57,170 nucleotides of DNA from the NCBI GenBank assembly GCA_003971905.1, contig RSEE01000012.1, positions 930,001 through 987,170 on the forward strand, given 5' to 3'. The notes under the pieces were generated by a model that was not told where the DNA came from, did not search any database, and worked only from the letters and a program-made list of their open reading frames with translations. Source of the stretch: Moniliella sp. 'wahieum' (taxonomy: Eukaryota). Below are positions 28,422-42,794 of this stretch, piece by piece. The stretch's first letter is position 1; each line of letters starts with the position of its first letter. A program made the position numbers and the translations under genes.

Positions 28422-29160
28422 GAGACGAGGGGAGGGGGCGGGAGAGGGGGCGGGAGAGGGAGATGGGGATGGAGAGGGAGTGAAGTGGGAGATGAGAGGG
28501 AGAGGGCTGAGATGGAGGTGGAGCAAGGGGCGGTGTGCACGAGGCGGGAGGGCGCGTGACGTCAGCGCCGGTGAAAGCGCGCTGAGGCGGAGGGGCCCCC
28601 TGGGTGCTGCGATATGGAGGAGTACTCAGTACTCAGTACTCAGTCCGGAAACGCCACCCTCGCACAGCGGAGCAGTGCGCAGCGCATCTGCAACTTTCAG
28701 ACGCCATGTGTGCCTCGCACTGCCCCGCCGAGCCGCATTGGTTCCGACTGCTGTCTCCGATCGCAAGGTGAGGCCTGTGTCTTCCTTATCTCTCCTCCTT
28801 CTTGAAGCTTGAAGAACGCGTCTGGGTCCATTATCTGCTCCTTCCCGCCACCTTGCGCTTGCGCTGCACACACTCCACCCCAGTCCGGCATGCTGCGACC
28901 CCCTCCGTGTTTGCCCTTCGTCTGTCGTGCGGAACAACCGTCTTGCATTTTGGAAACACGCCTTGCATTCTGAGAACAAGTCTTTGGGAACACGTTTTGC
29001 ATTTTGGTGGCCCCTTGCGGGTCCGGGACGGGATGCAGCGCAGGCGCTTCCAATGCCCCACCAGCACCCCACTGCACGCGGGCAGCGCTATCGGCCCTCC
29101 AACGGGGCGGGAGGATAAGACGTCGATGCAGCGCAACCCTGCGGACGTCTGGGCCTTGGC

Positions 29161-31153
29161 CTACGCCTCCTCCTCCTCCTCCCGCCCCAGTCGCTCGTCG
29201 CCGCCGAGCAGGGTCCAAGATTCGACCTCGCGACCGCGGGCGTCAGACCTGATGAGGAACTTGCCCTTGTCGCCCTGCTCTTTCCAGACCAGTTCGCGCG
29301 TGCGGCCAAGCGACTCAATGGCACTAACACGGTCCATGACTGATTCGAGTCGACTTTCAAAGTCCTCCTCTCCCTCCAGCACCGAGATAAATGCATGCAA
29401 GAGCGGCACCGAGTTGGCCGTCACATGGTGCGCACGGTCAATGTGGATGACGTTGAGATGGTCCAGATTCTCAATGTAGTCCGGCCGCGTCATGATCTGC
29501 CGCACATCGCCCCAAGCGATCTCAGGGTTGGGCACCTCCCGCCCATCTTCTTCCTTGGACTTCACTTCCTTCCCGGGTGAAATGGGCGAGTCGGAGCCAG
29601 GATCCTGGTGCTCCTCATTCTCATCCATGCCCGGCGGATGGGGCGCCTCTTCCTCCAGCGCCACGTCTCTCTCTTCCTCTACCAGTTCCGTCGAAGACGC
29701 CTGTTCAAGTTGACGGTAGCGCTTGGCCAACTCTACAAACTGAGCCAGGCCCGGTGTCAGTTTCCATTGGAAGAGGGCGGAGGAAGGAGGGGGGGGGTAC
29801 CAGAAGCCAGCTGCACGTTGAATACTTTTGCTCGTCCATCACATCGTCATCATGGTCTTCAATGATCCCGGTAAAAGACAAGACCCATTGTTTCTCATCT
29901 TCGATCAGGTGACGCGCAGCACTGAGCATGTCTTGCCTCCGAGCCACGGCATTAAGGATGGACAGACGACCGCCTGTCAGGCGGTACACCTCGTCCAACT
30001 CGTTCACTGGAAGGCTGTCGCCATCCCCATAGTAAACCTGGCGCATGTTGCGCAGCATGTTGAGCGACTGGAGACGGGTCAGGTCACGCACCGTGACAGT
30101 ATCCATCCGCACCCCGGTCCGACGCAGTGCCTTGTAGCAGCTATAGTTGTCACTCAGGAACACAAACGTAGCAGTACCTGTGCTTGCCCAACGCTCGGCT
30201 CGCTGCTGGAAGCAGCGTAACATCGACCGTCCCTCCTCCTCTGCCGCGAGCAAGTGAGCGGCCGACATGACAATTACCACGGGCCGGTGCTCCTTCTCAC
30301 GGCGAATGATCAAGGCTTGCTCGAGCTTGTGCAGTGCCCGTTCCAGCGCTTGCATCGTCGTTGTTCCCGAGGGGTCTCCCAAACCGAGAAGCGATCCGAG
30401 GTAATCCCGGTTCATGCTGAAGTTGATCGCCTCACTAAAGCGATCCAGCACGACCGTTAGGTCATGGTGCGCTTCAAAGTACGCCGCCCCATCCGCTTTG
30501 GTATCGGCCATGGCCTTGATAAACATGGAACTCTTCCCGCTGCCCTTGGGACCCATGAACAAAAAGTATCGACCCTCCTCCTGGCCACGGACAATGGAGT
30601 CTACCAGCTCTTGCTCCGGACGCGCAGGGCTGACAGGCAAACGAGACGGGTCGTCGCCTTCGGTTGCCTCGGACAGAGTGAGGATGGGGTCGTAGCCACC
30701 TGTATCGCAGTTCTTTGGTTAGTGGGTTGGGCGGGGGGGGGGGGGGGGGGTGACCAAGATTGCTATAAAACGACGTACCATCAAAAGCCTTGGACATCTT
30801 GGACAGCACACGCGCCTTGTACCATTCGTTGTACCAGAGCGCGGCGATGCCCAAGAGCAGCACGCCAACACTGGCGCCGGCCGCCGTCTCAAAGCCGGAG
30901 CTATTGAAGAAGGTCTTGAGAGCCCCCTCGGGCCGGCCCGCATGGGGACGCTCCCATCCGGGCGGCGGCGGCGGGCGCGACGGGCGGTGCGACGGCGAGG
31001 GCGTCTCCTGCAGCGACACGGACGAGGTGGCAAGGCTGCGCTGCAGCAATCCGCTCGGCTGACGGGTGGCGGGGCGAGCAAGCGCACGACAGGCCGCGGC
31101 AGGCACGCCGGAGCGCACCACGGCGCGGGGAGGGCCGTTCGGAGAAGGAGCAT
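29161..31153 (-). CDS. Conserved fungal P-loop (AAA-like) ATPase with one N-terminal TM helix, possibly mitochondrial; frameshifted
   Basis: Arg/Ala-rich leader, TM segment GASVGVLLLGIAALWY, Walker A GPKGSGKS, and later VYRLTGGRLSILN. Confidence 0.72.
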
Positions 31154-32002
31154 GGCTGAGCGGCTGGCTGGCGGAGGTGGCAGAGGGAAGCACTACCCCC
31201 GCCCCCCCCCGCGCCAAGAAGTGTGTTGGGCCCGTGCCCGGCCAAGCCTGGCCTGCGTGCAGGCTGGATCCACTTTAGCCGCTGCGTGCTGCGGGACGCT
31301 GCACTGCCACGCGCTGCCGCCACACACTGCCCCCCCGCCACACCTGGGGGCTCCCATTGTGGCTGTCTGTAGGGCGATCACTCAATCACCTGTCACGCGT
31401 CACGCGTCACGTCTCACCCATCGCCGGCTGGCCTGCTTCCGGCGTCGGTCGGTCGACTGCTGCCTACTGCCGGCGCGCCGCAGCAACCAGTCTCAGATCT
31501 CACCCACTCACCCCCGGGTCTCTGTCGTTACGATCGCCTCCTCCGATCCTCACTCTCCCATTTCCACTTGCCGCTTCCACGCCCACGCCTCAGGATGGGT
31601 CGCGCTGTATGCCACTAGCCGGTACGACACCCATTTGTACAGCAGGAACCAGCCCCAGACCAACGGCATTCACATGCCACATGCGCAGAACGTCGCTCCG
31701 CTCGCTCAGCCGTCCTGTCTGTTCAACCTGTCCATCCTCGCACCCCGCACCGTGCGATGCCTAGTCTGACCACGGAGAGATGGGAAGGTGGCGGCCTGTC
31801 GCGCTCCCCTTTCCTTTCTCCGCCCCACTCTGCCAACATCATCGCATCTACCAACACCGAGCTGGTCTTCTCACTCACAAAGGCAGGCTGGAGCAGATAC
31901 ACCCTCATTCAATTCATCTGTTGGATGTGTACATCGCGGCACATACCAACGCTGCTGCCACGGTCCATCCGTCGATGAGCTCAGTTGGAATCAAGCATCT
32001 TG

Positions 32003-32446
32003 TTAAATGAGCAGGCGCTCAATCTAGAAAACCAAAAGTCAGTATCATATCCCGCGACAGAGTAGAGCAGAAGTAAGGCCAACGTACAGCAGCTTGATGG
32101 TTTGAATCTGACTCTGCAGTTCGCGCGCCTCATTGGTGGTGACCGAAGCGGCAATGACAGGGCGCGAGACGTTGCAGGCGCGGCCCAGGGCCGTCTTGGA
32201 CGGGACAAAGACGTAGGGCACGTTCTTGTCCTCGCACAGGAGCGGGAGCGAGAGCACAATCTCAATCGGCTCCGTGTCGGCAGCCATGACGATGAACTCG
32301 CAAATGCCACGGTTGAGCGTCTTGGTCGCCTCGTTGGCGCCCTTTTTGAGCTGCTTGTAGTGCGACGCCTGCTGCACCAGGTCGAGGATCTGGTTGGTGA
32401 GCGTGGCGTCGGCCAAGGGGAAGGCCTTGGGGCTGATGGAGGACAT
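32003..32446 (-). CDS. SNU13: Snu13/15.5K L7Ae-family snoRNP and U4 snRNP protein; intron 32024-32087
   Basis: [59 protein letters not shown]; a GTACGT..TAG intron precedes the last exon IERLLI*. Confidence 0.96.
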
Positions 32447-32881
32447 GGCGAAGAGAGAAGAGGCGGGTGAACTGCGAAGGACCTCACGGCCGAGGATCAC
32501 GGGTCGAGGGCAGCGCAGGAGACGCGGGCGGTGGTGGGTGCGTGGGCTGGTACAACAAAAAAAAAGGAAACACATATGGGGCCGCAGGCAGGCGGAATAG
32601 GATGCGGGGGGAACACGACGACGGCTGCCAAGCCAGCCGGCCGGAATCATTAGCAAGGGCGCCTGAGGCCAGCCGGCCTTGTCCGACGGTGGAGTGGAAT
32701 GTTTTCGGGGCGGGGCGACGGGCGACGGGCGACGGGATGGGTGACACGCGACGCGTGACGGTGCGCGCTGCCCGTGGCCAGCGGCGCGCAGGAGACGCCG
32801 ACTGCGCTTCTGGGCGCTCAGCCCCAGAGAACGCACGCCCGCTGCTCTGCCCCACCGCCCCGCCCCGCCCGTCGCGCCCCC

Positions 32882-33785
32882 ATGTCTTCCTGGTGGTCGA
32901 CGTCCAAGGGCCAGTCCTCCACCAGCCTCGACAAGGACGACGCCAGCATCTGGTCCAACCCCTTCACCCGCGTCTCCTCCAACCAGTCCCTTGCCACCCC
33001 AGCACCGAGCCCCAGCCCAGCGCCTCGTCCTGGGCCAACCCGTTCCGCAGCACCCCCCCCGATCCGCCCAGCACAGTAGCGGCGGGCGGCTTGTTCTCCT
33101 CCTCCAAGTCCAAAGGCGCTGCTGTTGGCGGCGGCTCCGGCTCAAAGTGGATCAATGTCGACAGCGAAAGCTTGTCCTATGCACGCGGCGAGCTGACGGG
33201 CGAAAACTCCGAGTTCAAGCGCTGGGGCATTGACCTGACCCGCCAGCAGAGGATAATGGGCTTTGTTTGCTGGTTCGTATCCCGGTGGAATGCGTGCGTC
33301 CCTCTTTGCCACTCTCTACTGACCCTGCTCCACGGTTCCTTCCTCAGTGTGTTCGGTGGGTTTGTCCTTTCCTTGCTCGGTACCATTCTCCTCATCACGG
33401 GCAGCCATGCGGCCTTTGCTATTCTCTACTCAATCGGCGTGCTGATTTCACTGGTTGGAACTGGGTTCTTGATTGGGGTATGTAATGACTGACCATGGGT
33501 GGTGCGAATGGGTGAATGGGTGTGTGTGTGGGAATGCTAACCTAACCCGATTGTGGTGCAGTTTGTCCGCCAACTGAAGCTCATGTTCAAACCCGTCCGC
33601 ATTGTCGCCACCGGACTGATGATCGGCGCCTTTGTCATGGTCTGGGTCTCGGCGTTTGTGCTCAACATTGGCTTTTTGGCCCTCATCTTTTGCATCGTGC
33701 TGTACCTCTGCTACCTTTGGTATGCTCTGTCTACATTCCCGGTGCGCGCAACTTTTTCAAGGCGATTGTCTCCAAAGTCATCTGA
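32882..33785 (+). CDS. Got1/Sft2-like vesicle transport membrane protein; introns 33273-33347 and 33478-33561
   Basis: [55 protein letters not shown]. Both introns have GT, a CTGAC/CTAAC branch site and AG. Confidence 0.88.
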
Positions 33786-34615
33786 ACCGCCTTCCTTGCC
33801 CTTGCTGAACCTTTTGCTGCGGCTGACCGCCCCCCTTGCCATTCCTCCCGTTGCGTTTTCTTTTCCTGATGGAACCCACCCGAGCTTCCCTGTTCCACGA
33901 ACAAACCCATGTTGTTACTGAAAAAAGATGGACTGGACGAAAACGACATCGCGACTAAAAAGAACGCCATCAGCTGGTCCGGGTATGGCAGGCCTTTCCA
34001 TCCATCCGAGGGCGACCTGGCACAATAGGTAGCAACAAACGAGCCACCCCACTAGAGGATGGGATAGAAGTTGTGCTTGTGGATCGAAAGGAGTCGCACG
34101 CTCCACTTGAGGGCGTACGGAGCGCAGCCTGCGCTGCGCACTTCTCGTCCCGCTTGAGTCCTCGGTGAAGCATGGTGATTGCCCTGGTCAGAGGTCGAGC
34201 ACGAGATAGGGACACCTTGCTGGGACCGGGACCACTCAGGCTCAGCACAACAGGTTCTGATCACTATGGACTCAATGCTGGCGCTGGTGCGCCAGAGCGC
34301 GGATCTTGCTCTTGTAGCCTCCCGGGTTGACAAGGACATTCGGTTCACTGATTGCGAGAGAGGAGGGCGAGGGGCTCAAGCAGACCGTCAGGATGCACGA
34401 GCCTCATTGTCTGAGCAAGGAGTACTAGTAGAACCCATATCCTACAGGTCAATCACTTGGGCTATGCGAGAACTATCGGCATGGAGGGCACAGGTGTCAT
34501 TAGTGCTATCGTGACGCGTGATTGTGCGGGGCACCAAGACGACGGGCCCAAGCGCATCGAGCGCCCTCACGTTTGCAAACGGGGATGGAGTGGTGCCAAG
34601 GGGTACTGAGCGATA

Positions 34616-35874
34616 TCAGAGCACTGGGTCGGTTGACGGAGGGGGCAAGTCGGCTCCTGAAGTGCGTAAGTGGGCCAGAAAGGTATCGAGGGTGGTGATG
34701 AGGGTGCGGAGGCCGGAGAGGAGGCCTTGGTCGGGCCCGTGGCCTAGGACAAAGTAAGAGTGGGCAAAGTCAATCAGGCGGCAGGTCGAGATGGGAGGGC
34801 CGGTCCAAATGCGCCGGGGCGATTGCAGCTGATCCGTGGCCCAACGGTGGAGGAGGACGGGGTCGCTCTCGTAGGCAAGAAGTAAACTGGAACCGCGGAA
34901 CCGCATTTCAACCCCCCCCCGATACCACCCGTACCATCTGGTTCAGCGAAGGCAGAATGGATCGCTCCAAGAGCAAAGCAATAATCCAACCAGGGATACG
35001 GTCAGAAGGCCAGGCGCCCCCCGTGGAGCCAGACTGGGTAACCGAGCTAAAGTGAGCCTCGTCCTCTGCCGACGCGCAGCCAAGGAACATTCGCAGTCCC
35101 ACGGCAAATCCCGCATGATCCACGTTTTTGCCAAAGATCTTTCCGACCGAATGAAGAACACGTTCCTGGCGGTCTTGCGACTTTGGCCTCCCATCCGGTC
35201 CAGACTGAGGCGGAGGCGTGAGCCAATGCTGGAAGCCCGTCAGACGAACCCCATGAGTTGAAGACGTGGTGCTGGCGGAAGCAGCTTGCATCCGCTTGAT
35301 CTTCTCCTCCTTGGTCCGGCCAGGTCGTCAAAGAGAATGTGGCCCAGTTTAATGTCGATGGTGTGGGGCCATTGCATGCCGGCCACCACGTTGCTCAAAA
35401 CCATGCTCCAGCTGTGCATCTCAGGGTCAGAGGCGGCCATGGAAGTGCGCGCTAAAAGGCGGATGGCATTTCGGACGTCCGCGTCTTGGGGAGAAGGATA
35501 GGTGGGAGAGGGAAAGAGAGGATAGGCACCATAGAAGCAAGGCTGCAGCTCGACAAAGGCAGCGATCGCGGCGCGCGTGGCAGGAGGCACAGCCGCCTGC
35601 GGCAGCTGGAGCTCGGCCGCATGTTCCGCCGCCGGCGCATCTCCACCGGCGAGGCTGAGACACGCAGCGTAGAACGAAACCTCGCCCCAGGTTGTCCGCT
35701 TCAGCAGGCGGCGCTGGCAGTGCGGGCCGGCCCAGACGGCGGCTACTTGTTCGGCCGGCTCGGCGGGTCGCCACTGGCGGGCAGAGGCGCAAGGGAGGTG
35801 GGGGCGGGGGGCGGCTGGTGATCCGGAAGCAGGATTACGACATTGGCGTGGCCTCCGACCTGGAAGGAACTCAT
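34616..35874 (-). CDS. ARG82: Inositol polyphosphate multikinase (Arg82/Ipk2-like), frameshifted
   Basis: QVGGH, PxxxDxKxG (PHTIDIKLG), GVRLTG, SSLLLAYE and LIDFAHS motifs in order. Confidence 0.85.
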
Positions 35875-36649
35875 CGCCAGCCTCTGGGCATGGGCGAGGC
35901 GAGGCGAGGCGCGGGATGGGGTGGAGGGGGAAAAGAACGCAGCCCGAGGGGGCAGCAACACACTGGGGGATTTATTTGGCAGGGCAACATTCCGCTTTCA
36001 GATTCAGTGCATCATGCATCATGCATCATACATCATGCATCATGAACCACCGCCGTCTCACAATCTCCGCCTCATTTAAAAATGGAAGCCCACATGCGAT
36101 GGGGCCAGGGCGAGCCATGCACAGAGGGTGGACGTGGTAGCGAGTGGAGGCAGGTCGAAGCGGCGTCGGCGGTGGAGAGGAGACAGGTCAAGCGAGCCCA
36201 TACAAGAGCACAAATGGAAGGCGCACGCGCGCGGGCAGAGCACGGTGGTGTAATACCAGCGTCGCATGGGGTCTGTCCAGGTCAAACGCGTGGGTCTGAG
36301 GAGAAAGCCAGCCATATCGTTGCAGGAGGGTGTGGTGGTCATGCATTCATTGCCCGCCGGCCGGCGACTTGAGGGAGGATGGACGTACAGACGAAAAACG
36401 TAGGGAACGCGTGGGCTGCGTGTGCGCGGGCACTCAAGCCGCAAGCCAGAGCCATCATCAAAACACAAACACATCCCACAAGCAACGCCCTCAGAGAGAC
36501 AAAAGGGGACAATGTGCGCACGGTACGTCCAGCCTTGCCCACCAGGCCTTGGCCTCCGCTCTGCCGGGCGGCTACCGTCCCCGGTCAGCCTTAATTTCTT
36601 GCCCTGTCTGCTTGTGTTCTCATGGACAATCACCGGGGCCAACACGGCG

Positions 36650-38900
36650 GCAGTAGCGGGGCATGACAAACCTGCCGCGCCACCATCCGAGGTTGTCGTT
36701 GCCTGGCGGGGTGTTTAATCTGGTGCGGAGGGAACACCTCGGCAGATAGCGGGGCGATCATTGGCTTTCCATCGGCTATTCTCCACCGTCCAGCGTATTC
36801 GTACCTGTTTAGCGCACTGGTCAGTACATTACCGTACATGATGAACGAATAGTGGGTACATCGTGCATGACAGTGTGAAAAGGCATATTTGCACGCCTGT
36901 AAGCCGCCCATACGGGCTAGCAAGGAGAAAAGAGCCCTGTCCCCCTCAACGCTCAGGTCCGCTCCCCGGATTGCCTTCAACCTCGCGCCAGAGCTGCTCG
37001 TCGAGATCTGGTGGAGCTGGTCCGCCAGGTGGTCTGTCCTCATAGAGCGGAGCAGGTGCCGCAAGTTCTGCTGCAGAGCCACGCGCAACACATTGCTGGG
37101 AGGATGCTTATCCGGAACTGTGTGCTATCCAGCACCCCATCATCTATGTGCTGCCATGCGTTACCAATGACCTGACAGCCCAAGTGGCCCACATTGCCAC
37201 ATGAAAGAGGTGTACTCGACATCGTTCTCGGGAGCAGTGTTGGCACGACGTCACTAACTGATTCTTCCGGCGTCCCTCCCGGACATACGCCATGCCCAGC
37301 GGACAAACTGTGCTGCGGATGGTCGCAGCAGGCGCGAAAAAGCGATTTCGAGCTAGTGGCGGGAGGGGACGGGGGGGGGGAGGGCAACATAAAGCTGACC
37401 ATGCACAGGAGTACGAGGCGGGGACACCCACATATCGCAAGCTTTGGCCCTGGACTTTTTGATAGTCATGTCAACTGACAGGGGCAATGGGGATGTGTCA
37501 CAGCTGTGAATGGGGCAGTCGCCATCGAGAGGCGGGAGACGGTCATGGACGGACGGGTGGTCGTTCCCGAGCTGACAAACGATGGAAGGTTGACCGGGGT
37601 GGAACGAAAATGAGACGGGCATGCCAGTGACCAACTCTGCACCGGGTTCGGACGTCATTTCACCAACGTACCGCATCCACCTCTTTCCTCGTTCTCTTAC
37701 CTACAGCCACGGATCACCTTCGGCCACCCACCAACGGACTCGTGTGCTGCGCTCGTTTTTTTGCCGTCAACGGAGCAACATGTCCTGATAAGCCCCGACT
37801 CCAGCGGTTCATGATCCTTGTTGCATTCCTTGTTTCGGCCTTGTTTGGCTTGTGTTTTTTCGAAGTGAGATTGGTTCCTTCCCACCTTACCGACCTCTGC
37901 CAACATACACTTCGCCACCGTAGACGGCACGACTCGAATCTTCTCCATTCGGTGTTGGGCCTGGGGCAATCCGTATGCACAGTACCTTACATATGCTCGT
38001 TCGCCTGTCACATATGCTCGTTCACCGGTCACCTGTCGTGGTCAGAACAGGGTAGCAGGAAATGTACTAGAGGCAACGCGGTGCAGGGTGAGGGAGGGGT
38101 GATGTGTGTTGCGGTAGGGATGAACTGTAAACTCCCAGGTGTGCCCCACGTGTCATTGGACCGCCCACCGGCTCAAGGTTTGGGAAAAGGAGGGTAATGG
38201 AGGGTCCAGGAGAGGGGAAGACAGGGATGATGATGGACAAGTGTATTCCCTTGGCTGGAGTTGGAAGATAGGTGTTGCGAGGCACTGAGTGAGCCAAAGA
38301 TGGTCATGATCCCCCCCTTTCTTACACCCTCGGCGAGGCCACACTTGGAGGGCGGTCCATCATGGATTTGGCGTGTGTCCACGGCCTCGCAGCCGCTGCT
38401 TTTGGAATGGTGTTGGTGGGCCGACTTGATTTGGATCAGGATCGCTGGTCAGCGACTTCGGCAGCCCGGCTTCAGCTTGCCTCCGGTGCGCCAGCACCGC
38501 CATGCGCGTTCTCCACCGCATCGTGTCTGTGCATCATGCCCGAGGGCCACACGGTCGTGCCAGCGCCCCGAATTGCATGCCGTGGGTAAGGAATACGAGA
38601 AGGATCGGCAGGAGTTGGACTGGCGGGGATGGAGTGGGAGGGGGCGATGGTGGAGACTGACCTGGTGGGCATTCGACGCTCAACCGGGCTACCCATTTTG
38701 TTGGGGTCGAATCGACCGCCAGCCACTGCATTGCTTCATTCGCGCAATTTACCACGACGCAAGCGACCTCCACCGTCCATATCGACAAGCAAAAACACTC
38801 GCCGGGCGTCTGCTGCCACCGCCAGCTGCCCTCCTTGTCCCCGATCCCGCCCCCATCGCGTCCAGACACCAAATAGACCATCCAACTATACCATCCGCTT
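36650..38900 (-). mobile_element. Decayed CRE/Cnl1-like non-LTR RT copy A
   Basis: 36630-37091 encodes LRVALQQNLRHLLRSMRTDHLADQLHQI..ALFSLLARMGGL, closely matching copy C. Patchy nucleotide similarity to the RT core and 5' region continues to ~38900. Confidence 0.75.
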
Positions 38901-39299
38901 GCCCCTCACACCCTTCGGTGTGGATCCAAGCAAAAGCCGCGTTCTAAGGGGTTCTCATCATGCGTTACACACACACTGGCCGCTTGGGAGGATGGACGTA
39001 CGAAGCAATGCGCAGGCAACCCGTTATAGTGCTGTCACTAAGGTTGCTCACGACACAAGCCGGAGTCAATGATCAAACGAACACGCCCCGCAACCATGAC
39101 CGTCAGAAACAAGTTAACCCTTGCCCCCCGTCTGGCACATCAGGCGCTTCATGCGCGTTCGGCCCGGCCCACCATCGTCCACCGCGGCTCTGTAACCAGG
39201 CCGTGATGGGAAGAGACCTTGGGCCAGCCTCATCGTTTCGGGCACCTACATACCCTCCATAGAGTGCCGGTGGTGCGGTGACGGGTGGAATAGCCTACT

Positions 39300-41300
39300 C
39301 CCCACCAATGCGAAATGTCAGCAACTTGGGCCCCCGCAGAGAACATGAACCACGTGCACACCGACCAAATTGGCGCACCGGGCCCAACCTAGGTCGGTAA
39401 GCCCAGAGAGGCGGGCACCGCGACCAAGCACATCACGAGGGACAGTCAACACCAGTTCAGCTTCTCATCCAGCAGGGCGTACACCCCCATGACTGACCCA
39501 CATTCCTTGGGCTTAAGCGAGGCGATCAGCAGGTGCGCAACCCCTTCTTCCTCGGCACCAGGTTGCGGCAGAAGCTGGCCAAGATTCGACCCACATCTTC
39601 CAAATGGTCATCGATATCTTGCAACGCCTGTCTGGTGTTCTCATCACCCACGCCCCCGTCACCGTATAGACAGCGGGTCCTGGCCAACCTTCCCGCCACC
39701 ATTCGAGCTTGTCATTGCCTGGAGAAGTGTTTGATCGGCGGCGGAGGAAATGCCGTTCAGTATAGGGTGGCGATCACTTGCTTCATCCATCGCTATTGTC
39801 CTGCGCCTAGCGTATTGGTACCTGTTTGGCGGCCTGGTCAGTACGTCACTGGAGAACAAGGGTTGGGTGGTCCCGTACATGATGAACAGCAAGTGGATGT
39901 AGTAGCAGTGCCAATGTGGCGCAGAAAAGAGGGAAACTGTATTGGCACGTCTCGCACTTCGGCGCGGGCCGAATGACCGAAATGAATAGGGTGGTGCTAT
40001 AGGCTTGCCGCATGCGAACAGGAATCAAAAGCGGACCGACGAGATGCCCCACCGCCTCACAGATGCCTTGATGGAAGCGTCAACACCATCTTGGCCGCCA
40101 CCACCGCGGGAGACAGGTGCGATATGAGCCCAGTCGCATCAGGGATACCAGCAGGCGCCAATGGAAGACACCATATCCAACCCCGTCTTGTCAGTGCCTT
40201 GAATAAAAGCAACCGGAATACCACCACCGTTGGCACCCGAAAGCCTAAGGCACCCATATGGGCTAGCAAGGAGAGACGAGCTTTGTCCCACCTTCGACCA
40301 GCTGCATCACTCTCGGATCCGCTCCTCCCGGATTGCCTTCACATCACGCCAGAGCTACTCGCCCATCTACTGGAGCTGAGCCGCCAGATCCTCCGACCTT
40401 ATTGAACGGGGCAGATGCCGAATATTCGGTTGCAGAACCCCCTGCACCAAAGCAGACGGTCGCGCAGCGTCAACCCGTGCAACGAGGGTGCAGAGCCGCT
40501 TGTGGCCTAACCTCACAGCCGCGTCCTGGGGACGCAGCGGACGCGCCGTCCGCCCTAGGACGCCTGCTTTGACCTGGCGGTGCGCACGCGGCAAATCATC
40601 AATAGATGGTGGCCAGGCCCCCTCGGGATCGGCCCTGAGGGAGACGCAAACGTCGATCGAGGAGCCTCCTTGCCAGCCCGCCTTCGGAAGGAGCAAGCAA
40701 GTTGAAGGCATCGCGATCGTCGAGATGATCTAGATAGGCAATTCCAAAGCAACTCGCGACCTGTTTGAATAGAAGCGGCACCATCGCGCTGACCGGCCGC
40801 GAGGCTGCTGCGTGCTCCATCACTCGAATGGATCTGAATCGGAACTGCCAGGTTGTCCGCTTCGGTGGCAAGTTTGGGCTGAGCGCACGACTGCCTGGCG
40901 TAGCGGCTGTCGGTGTCACGCGAGTGCCCGCCGGCCGAGGGTACGCGCACCACGGCAGGCGACACGATTCGCCACGATCTCCAGGCGGTGGGCAAGGCGG
41001 ATGAGAAGGAGGTGGTGGAGAGATGGAGAAGGAATCAGTTCAACTTGGCCGTGTCAGGCCTCAGGAGGCGCCAGCGGCTTGTTTTCACCCACCACAGGAT
41101 CGTTTCAAGTTTCAATCGTGCAATCAGTCCTGCTCGGGTGACCGGTGACCGGTGACCGGTGACCCCAGCCGCCTCCATCGCCCAGACGAACTAGTTCGGT
41201 AAGCACCACTCGGACTGCGTCTTTTGCCACCGCCAGCTGGCGTTTGTCCTGCTCCCGACCCACATCCCGCCCAGAGACGGGATCAACATCCCACTACGCA
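39300..41300 (-). mobile_element. Decayed RT copy B with the catalytic core deleted
   Basis: AYLDHLDDRDAFNLL, RAHRQVKAGVLGRTAR and WDKARLSLLAHMGALGFRVPTVV match copy C on either side of a large internal deletion near 40440-40500. Confidence 0.78.
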
Positions 41301-42794
41301 CCATCGCCTCGTTCCCCTCGCTCTTAAAAGTAGACCAGAGGAACAACAGTCGGGTAGGGTGTGGTTCTCATGCATTCCATGCCGACCGGCTGTTTGCGGG
41401 ATGAACGCACGAAGAAAACCCAGGGAACCCGTGAGTACGGTCCCTCACGTCGCGAGCCAGAGCCGACCATCACAGAAACATGCCCCTCAAGCAAGGACGA
41501 CCGACACAACGCTTCATCTCGTCCAGCTCACGAGGTCTTAGGGTGCGCCCGGCCGCCCGGACCACTACGCTGGCTGGCTACTTTCGGCCCAGCTTGGGTA
41601 ATTGGCGGTGTGACGGGAACGGGGTCGGCAACAGACCTCACCATTTTCGGGTACCATCCTGATGGCGAGGTTGGTGGCTCGAGCCACCTCCTTACGCCGA
41701 ATTTCAGAGCAAAACGAGGCCACCACACCAATTTGACTGGACGCACTGCAATACTAGCCGAGGAGTCGTACACCAAGAGTGCCTTGGACCCATTCGTGGC
41801 CAAAGTAGAGCACGCAGTCCAGAACGTTCTGCGGATACACATCTTGCTCGTCTTGTATTCTTGAGCAGCCAAAGCACCGCAAATGCCTAGCCCGGCTCCC
41901 AGGCTGTGGTTTTGCAACATGGTCGGCAGGTATACCATTGCTCGCACAGGCAAGAGTCCGAGCGGCAAGGCGAATAAGGAATGACAACCAACGCTTGCTC
42001 TCCACTGGCAGTGTGCCAAAAGCAGCCCTGGACAAACCACAGGCGTAGTCACCCTCAAGGAAGACCAAAGGGAACAGAGCTAGACATCCGTTGCACAAGG
42101 ATTGTACGTTGGTGCTTTGCTTTGGTCTCTGCGTCGAACAAGATGATCATCTCCTTCTTGCACAGCGCATGTGCCGGCGGGGCGGCAACGAGTGGATGGC
42201 AGACACGGCCTAGGATTGGCGTCGCGCGTCTTGTCCCCGAATGACCACAGGGTTATGCCGTTCAATATGTATAGGTTCTTTGGAGCACCTGCTTTAGCCA
42301 TCGTGATCTGAGCGCGGGCGACAGTGGTGTGGGAGCGTCCAATTCGCTCCGGATTGTTGGATGGGTCGGGCTCTACCATACCACATCACAGCCGATGAGC
42401 TCGTTCGCCAATACGTTCACCTCTCTCCGCAAGTCAATGCCCTGGCCTGTCGAGCAAAGTCAAGAGGAGAGAGCAAGACTGATCTGCCCAAACCGACGGG
42501 CATCGGGATGCCAACATGGCCCTACTATTGATCGACCACATTGCCGCAATCGTCGCCCCGGATGACTTGCCTCGTGCCATTGCGGCTCACCTACCCAGGG
42601 GAGTTTGGCCCGTGCTAGATCCGTTTCTCCGCCTCGAGCGAAACAGATGTCGGAGGAGTTGCTGCAAGCACGAACCGCAAAATGAACAACCGGTGGGGCA
42701 ACGTGAGGGATTTCAGGCAGGGGTAGCCAGTGGTTTGATCCACATTTTGACTCGCAAGAGCATCAGTCAGGTGATAACATCCCCAATACAGAAG